Part shown: piece by piece, positions 1 to 6,100 of the stretch | Layout of the letters: every line of letters begins with the position of its first letter | How positions within the stretch are numbered: the stretch's first letter is position 1 | Virus record (IMG/VR): IMGVR_UViG_2657245050_000002 | Direction: 5' to 3' (one strand) | DNA from: a virus | Lineage: Duplodnaviria; Heunggongvirae; Uroviricota; Caudoviricetes | Length of the DNA stretch: 6,100 nt | Notes under the pieces: model-generated | Seen by the model: only the letters and a program-made list of their open reading frames with translations | Told to the model about the DNA's origin: nothing | Database searches by the model: none | Program-made: the position numbers and the translations under genes

Positions 1-21
1 AAAAAAGCCGCACAGGCGGCC
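1..21 (-). terminator. Terminator-like hairpin (GCCGC-CTGT-GCGGC) followed by a T-run, immediately downstream of D; the T-run is cut by the window edge
   Basis: On the minus strand, positions 21..1 read G-GCCGC-CTGT-GCGGC-TTTTTT: a 5-bp GC stem, 4-nt loop and at least 6 T. It lies 21 nt past the D stop codon (42..44). The stem is short, so the function is uncertain. Confidence 0.45.
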
Positions 22-41
22 TTTAGTGATGAAGGGTAAAG

Positions 42-374
42 TTAAACGATGCTGATTGCCGTTCCGGCAAACGCGGTCCGTTTTTTAGTCTCGTCGCTGG
101 CAGCCTCCGGCCAGAGCACATCCTCATAACGGAACGAGCCGGACTTGTAGAACGTCAGTGTGGTGCTGGTCTGGTCAGCAGCAACCGCAAGAATGCCAAC
201 GGCTGCACCGTCGGTGGTGCCATCCCACACAACCAGCTTACGGGTAGTGCCATCCAGCATCAGCGGGGTCATTGCAGGCGTTTTCGCACTCAATCCGCCA
301 GGCGCAATTGCTGTATGAGCCGGATCACTGTTACCCAGCGGCTGGTAATGGTTAAACTCTTCTTTTGACGCCAT
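42..374 (-). CDS. D: Head decoration protein gpD, full length (110 aa), divergent allele
   Basis: The 110-aa [113 protein letters not shown] matches lambda gpD in length. The C-terminal half matches my recollection of lambda gpD almost exactly; about 10 substitutions cluster in the first 50 residues. A GAGG Shine-Dalgarno sits about 7 nt upstream of the ATG at 372..374. Confidence 0.9.
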   Translation of the reverse strand: MASKEEFNHYQPLGNSDPAHTAIAPGGLSAKTPAMTPLMLDGTTRKLVVWDGTTDGAAVGILAVAADQTSTTLTFYKSGSFRYEDVLWPEAASDETKKRTAFAGTAISIV

Positions 375-383
375 AACTGCCTC

Positions 384-439
384 TTATACCGGTAAAGCTT
401 CAGGTGTATTAAGTAATTCTTTATTGGTATCAGATGCCA
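384..439 (-). pseudogene. Orphan 3' end (about 17 codons plus stop) of a divergent C/Nu3-like gene
   Basis: The minus strand reads GCA TCT GAT ACC AAT AAA GAA TTA CTT AAT ACA CCT GAA GCT TTA CCG GTA TAA, i.e. [17 protein letters not shown]. This parallels the C terminus of the intact C gene in this window (...NPASDAVNDLLNTPV*). It has no start codon or upstream reading frame of its own and is followed by the RBS and ATG of the divergent D. Confidence 0.5.
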
Positions 440-559
440 CAGCATCAGCGGGGTCATTGCAGGCGCTTTCGCACTCAATCCGCCGGGCGCGGTTGCGGTA
501 TGAGCCGGGTCACTGTTGCCCAGCGGCTGGTAATGGGTAAAGGTTTCTTTGCTCGTCAT
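440..559 (-). pseudogene. D: Truncated lambda-type D 5' fragment (first 40 codons); translation would run out of frame into the downstream sequence
   Basis: An ATG at 557..559, 9 nt after the C stop, opens [40 protein letters not shown], matching the lambda gpD N-terminus. Homology stops abruptly after codon 40 at position 440/439. The frame then continues through unrelated sequence ([21 protein letters not shown]...) to a stop at 290..292, inside the real D gene. The ORF track lists this as 290..565 because of an in-frame ATG two codons upstream. Confidence 0.6.
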
Positions 560-568
560 AAACATCCC

Positions 569-964
569 TTACACTGGTGTGTTCAGCAAATCGTTAACGG
601 CATCAGATGCCGGGTTACCTGCAGCCAGCGGTGCCGGTGCACCCTGCATCAGACGATCCAGCGCAGTGTCACTGCGCGCCTGTGCACTCTGTGGTGCTGC
701 GGCCAGAATGCGGCGGGCCGTTTCCACGGTCATACCGGGGGTTTCTGCCAGCACGCGGGCCTGTTCTTCGCGTCCGTGAGCCTCCTCACAGTTGAGGATC
801 CCCATAATGCGGCTGTTTTCTGCCGCAACCGCAGAGGTGATCTGCGCGTTCACGTCCGGCTGCGCCGCGCTGGCGTTTTCGCCCTCCGTAGCTGGCACCA
901 CGTCAGTAACGTCAGCCTGCGAAGCAGTGGCTGAAACAGTTGTTGATTGAGTCTCTTTGGTCAT
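569..964 (-). CDS. Nu3: Scaffolding protein gpNu3, nested in frame in the 3' part of C (131 aa from the internal ATG)
   Basis: An internal in-frame ATG at 962..964 is preceded by a perfect AGGAGG Shine-Dalgarno at 969..974 and opens MTKETQSTTVSATASQADVTDVVP... The product is Ala/Gln-rich and acidic. A longer nested form starting at MDATRR (569..1174) is an alternative annotation that I cannot exclude. Confidence 0.65.
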   Translation of the reverse strand: MTKETQSTTVSATASQADVTDVVPATEGENASAAQPDVNAQITSAVAAENSRIMGILNCEEAHGREEQARVLAETPGMTVETARRILAAAPQSAQARSDTALDRLMQGAPAPLAAGNPASDAVNDLLNTPV

Positions 965-1955
965 TCGCCCTCCTGAGAGACGGGATTTACGTGCATCCAG
1001 TGCATCACGCATAACGGTGATCGCATCGGTGCTGTTGACAAGTTCATCAGCCAGTCCGGCATCAATGGCCTCCTGACCGCTGTACACTGCAGCCTCTGTA
1101 TCCAGCACAGCCTGCACAGACAGGCCGGTATATGCCGACACCTTCTGCGCAAACATCCGGCGGGTTGCATCCATCCGGGACTGCAGTGTCTCCCGGACGT
1201 CATCCGGAAGATGGCTGTAGGGGTTGCCATCCACCTTATGGCTGCCGCTGTAAATCAGCGTGATTTCCACACCCTGTTTCTCCAGCGCAGCACCGTAATT
1301 ACTGTGAGCCATCATGACGCCGATGGAGCCTGTCCGGGCGGTCTGCGTGACCAGACGCCGGGAGGCGGCACTGGCAAGCAGCTGACCTGCACTGCAGTTT
1401 ATGTCGTTGGCCAGCGCCCATACCGGTTTTATGTCTCGCACACGGGCGATGATGTCAGCACAGTCAAATGCTCCCGCCACCATCCCGCCTGGCGTAGCCA
1501 GCGCCCATACCGGTTTTATGTCACGCACACGGGCAATGATGTCAGCGCAGTCAAATGCTCCCGCCACCATTCCGCCTGGCGTGTCCATATCGAGCAGAAT
1601 GCCGTCCACCATCGGATCGCTGGCAGCCTGTTGCAGACGGGCGATAATGCCGTTGTAACCGGTCATTCCCGAATACGGCTGCAGCGCCCGTGTCCGGCTG
1701 ACCAGCGTACCGGACACCGGCAGCACGGCGATGCCGTTCATGACCTGATAACTGCGGGCCTGTCGTGGTCCGTCATCATCACCGGATAATGCCAGCGTCG
1801 CGAGTGCCTCCTGGGCAGTCAGGCTGTCGCCGGACACCGCATCCGTCAGGCGACTGATCCCAAGCTGGCCTGCAAGCGCACAAAAGAAAACCCGCGCATA
1901 AGCGGGTTCAAGCATCAGCGGCTCATTAAAAGCCATGCTGGCAATATGCGGGAGA

Positions 1956-1975
<20 letters not shown>
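569..1975 (-). CDS. C: Prohead protease / minor capsid protein gpC, carrying an in-frame 29-aa tandem duplication (468 aa here; 439 aa expected)
   Basis: The translation from the GTG at 1973..1975 reads (M)TAELRNLPHIASMAFNEPLMLEPAYARVFFCALAGQ..., the lambda gpC N-terminus. This GTG start gives the 20-nt overlap with the end of B that is typical of lambda. The track's 513-aa ORF starts at an upstream ATG (2110) that would overlap B by 155 nt, so I do not use it. The ORF is 87 nt longer than lambda C because of the duplication at 1410..1583. The CSAGQ motif that I recall as containing the catalytic Ser166 of lambda gpC follows the duplication. Confidence 0.85.
969..974 (-). promoter_or_regulatory. 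Shine-Dalgarno (AGGAGG) for the internal Nu3 translation start inside C
   Basis: The minus strand reads TCTCAGGAGGGCGAATGACC, with AGGAGG 4 nt upstream of the ATG at 962..964. Confidence 0.6.
1410..1583. repeat. Imperfect tandem direct duplication, two copies of 87 bp, inside gene C
   Basis: Units at about 1410..1496 and 1497..1583 align base for base with 5 mismatches (plus-strand 1436, 1449, 1459, 1483, 1496 against 1523, 1536, 1546, 1570, 1583). Both copies encode the same 29 aa, TPGGMVAGAFDCADIIARVRDIKPVWALA. The junction could equally be placed 1 nt to the left. Confidence 0.9.
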
Positions 1976-5656
<3,681 letters not shown>

Positions 5657-5682
<26 letters not shown>

Positions 5683-6100
5683 TCAGCAACCCCGGTATCA
5701 GTTCATCCAGCGCGGCTGCTTTGTTCATGGCTTTGATGATATCCCGTTTCAGGAAATCAACATGTCGGTTTTCCAGTTCCGGAAAACGCCGCTGCACCGA
5801 CAGGGGGATCCCGTCGAGAATACTGGCAATTTCACCTGCGATCCGCGACAGCACGAAAGTACAGAATGCGGTTTCCACCACTTCAGCGGAGTCTCTGGCA
5901 TTTTTCAGCTCCTGTGCGTCGGCCTGCGCACGCGTAAGTCGATGGCGTTCGTACTCAATAGTCCCTGGCTGCAGATCTGTCTCGCTGGCCTGCCGCAGTT
6001 CTTCAACCTCCCGGCGCAGCTTTTCGTTCTCAATTTCAGCATCCCTTTCGGCATACCATTTTATGACGGCGGCAGAGTCATAAAGCACCTCATTACCCTT
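5657..6100 (-). CDS. Nu1: Terminase small subunit gpNu1, partial (N-terminal about 33 codons lie beyond the window edge)
   Basis: The reading frame is open from the window edge (KGNEVLYDSAAVIKWYAERDAEIENEKLRREVEELRQAS...) to a stop at 5657..5659 (...LIPGLLSEYIEQSG*). This matches lambda Nu1 residues about 34 to 181. The GTG at 6088 used by the ORF track is an internal codon, not the start. Confidence 0.9.

Noticed and set aside
434-934. Plus-strand ORFs of 166 aa (434..934), 76 aa (549..779) and 62 aa (607..795)
   Set aside because: They lie antisense to the C/Nu3 coding region, which is strongly supported. They are Arg/Cys/His-rich low-complexity translations typical of the reverse strand of GC-rich genes, with no convincing RBS.
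961-1230. Minus-strand ORF of 89 aa in a different frame within C
   Set aside because: It overlaps the C/Nu3 frame out of phase, and its translation (MATPTAIFRMTSGRHCSPGWMQPAGCLRRRC...) is Cys/Arg-rich and non-protein-like.
1410-1583. Possibility that the tandem repeat is a CRISPR array or minisatellite
   Set aside because: There are only two copies, directly adjacent with no spacers. They are in frame inside a protein-coding gene and encode the same peptide twice, so this is a coding duplication.
1211-1789. Plus-strand ORFs of 192 aa (1211..1789) and 85 aa (1401..1658) containing an internal repeated peptide
   Set aside because: They are antisense to C. The repeated peptide (SAHTGFMSRTRAMMSAQSNAPATIPPGV twice) is the reverse-strand reflection of the 87-bp duplication, not an independent repeat protein.
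5721-6083. Plus-strand 120-aa ORF antisense to Nu1
   Set aside because: It is antisense to the Nu1 terminase small subunit, and its Ser/Arg-rich low-complexity translation looks spurious.
5683-6100. cos site / terminase recognition elements (cosN, cosB)
   Set aside because: In lambda, cos lies upstream of the Nu1 start. Nu1 is cut at the window edge, so cos would be beyond position 6100 and no cos call can be made within the window.

Overview
The whole window is the head-morphogenesis and DNA-packaging module of a lambda-like (lambdoid) phage or prophage, encoded entirely on the minus strand. Reading the minus strand from 6100 down to 1, the genes are Nu1 (terminase small subunit, 5' end cut by the window edge), A (terminase large subunit), W, B (portal), C (prohead protease) with Nu3 (scaffold) nested in frame, and D (decoration protein), followed by a terminator-like hairpin. 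The genes are tightly packed with the short overlaps typical of lambda, and their products were recognised from the translated sequences by recall, not by any database search. I see no defence system, toxin-antitoxin pair, CRISPR array, tRNA or integrase, so I cannot support a claim of a novel biological system here. Two structural anomalies do stand out against an otherwise canonical module. First, gene C carries an in-frame 87-bp tandem duplication (29 aa) just upstream of the presumed catalytic serine, and the two copies differ only at synonymous sites. Second, between C and D there is a mosaic scar: a truncated lambda-type D 5' fragment fused to the orphan 3' end of a divergent C-like gene, followed by a full-length D allele that is divergent in its N-terminal half. 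Plus-strand ORFs in the six-frame track are antisense shadows of these genes.
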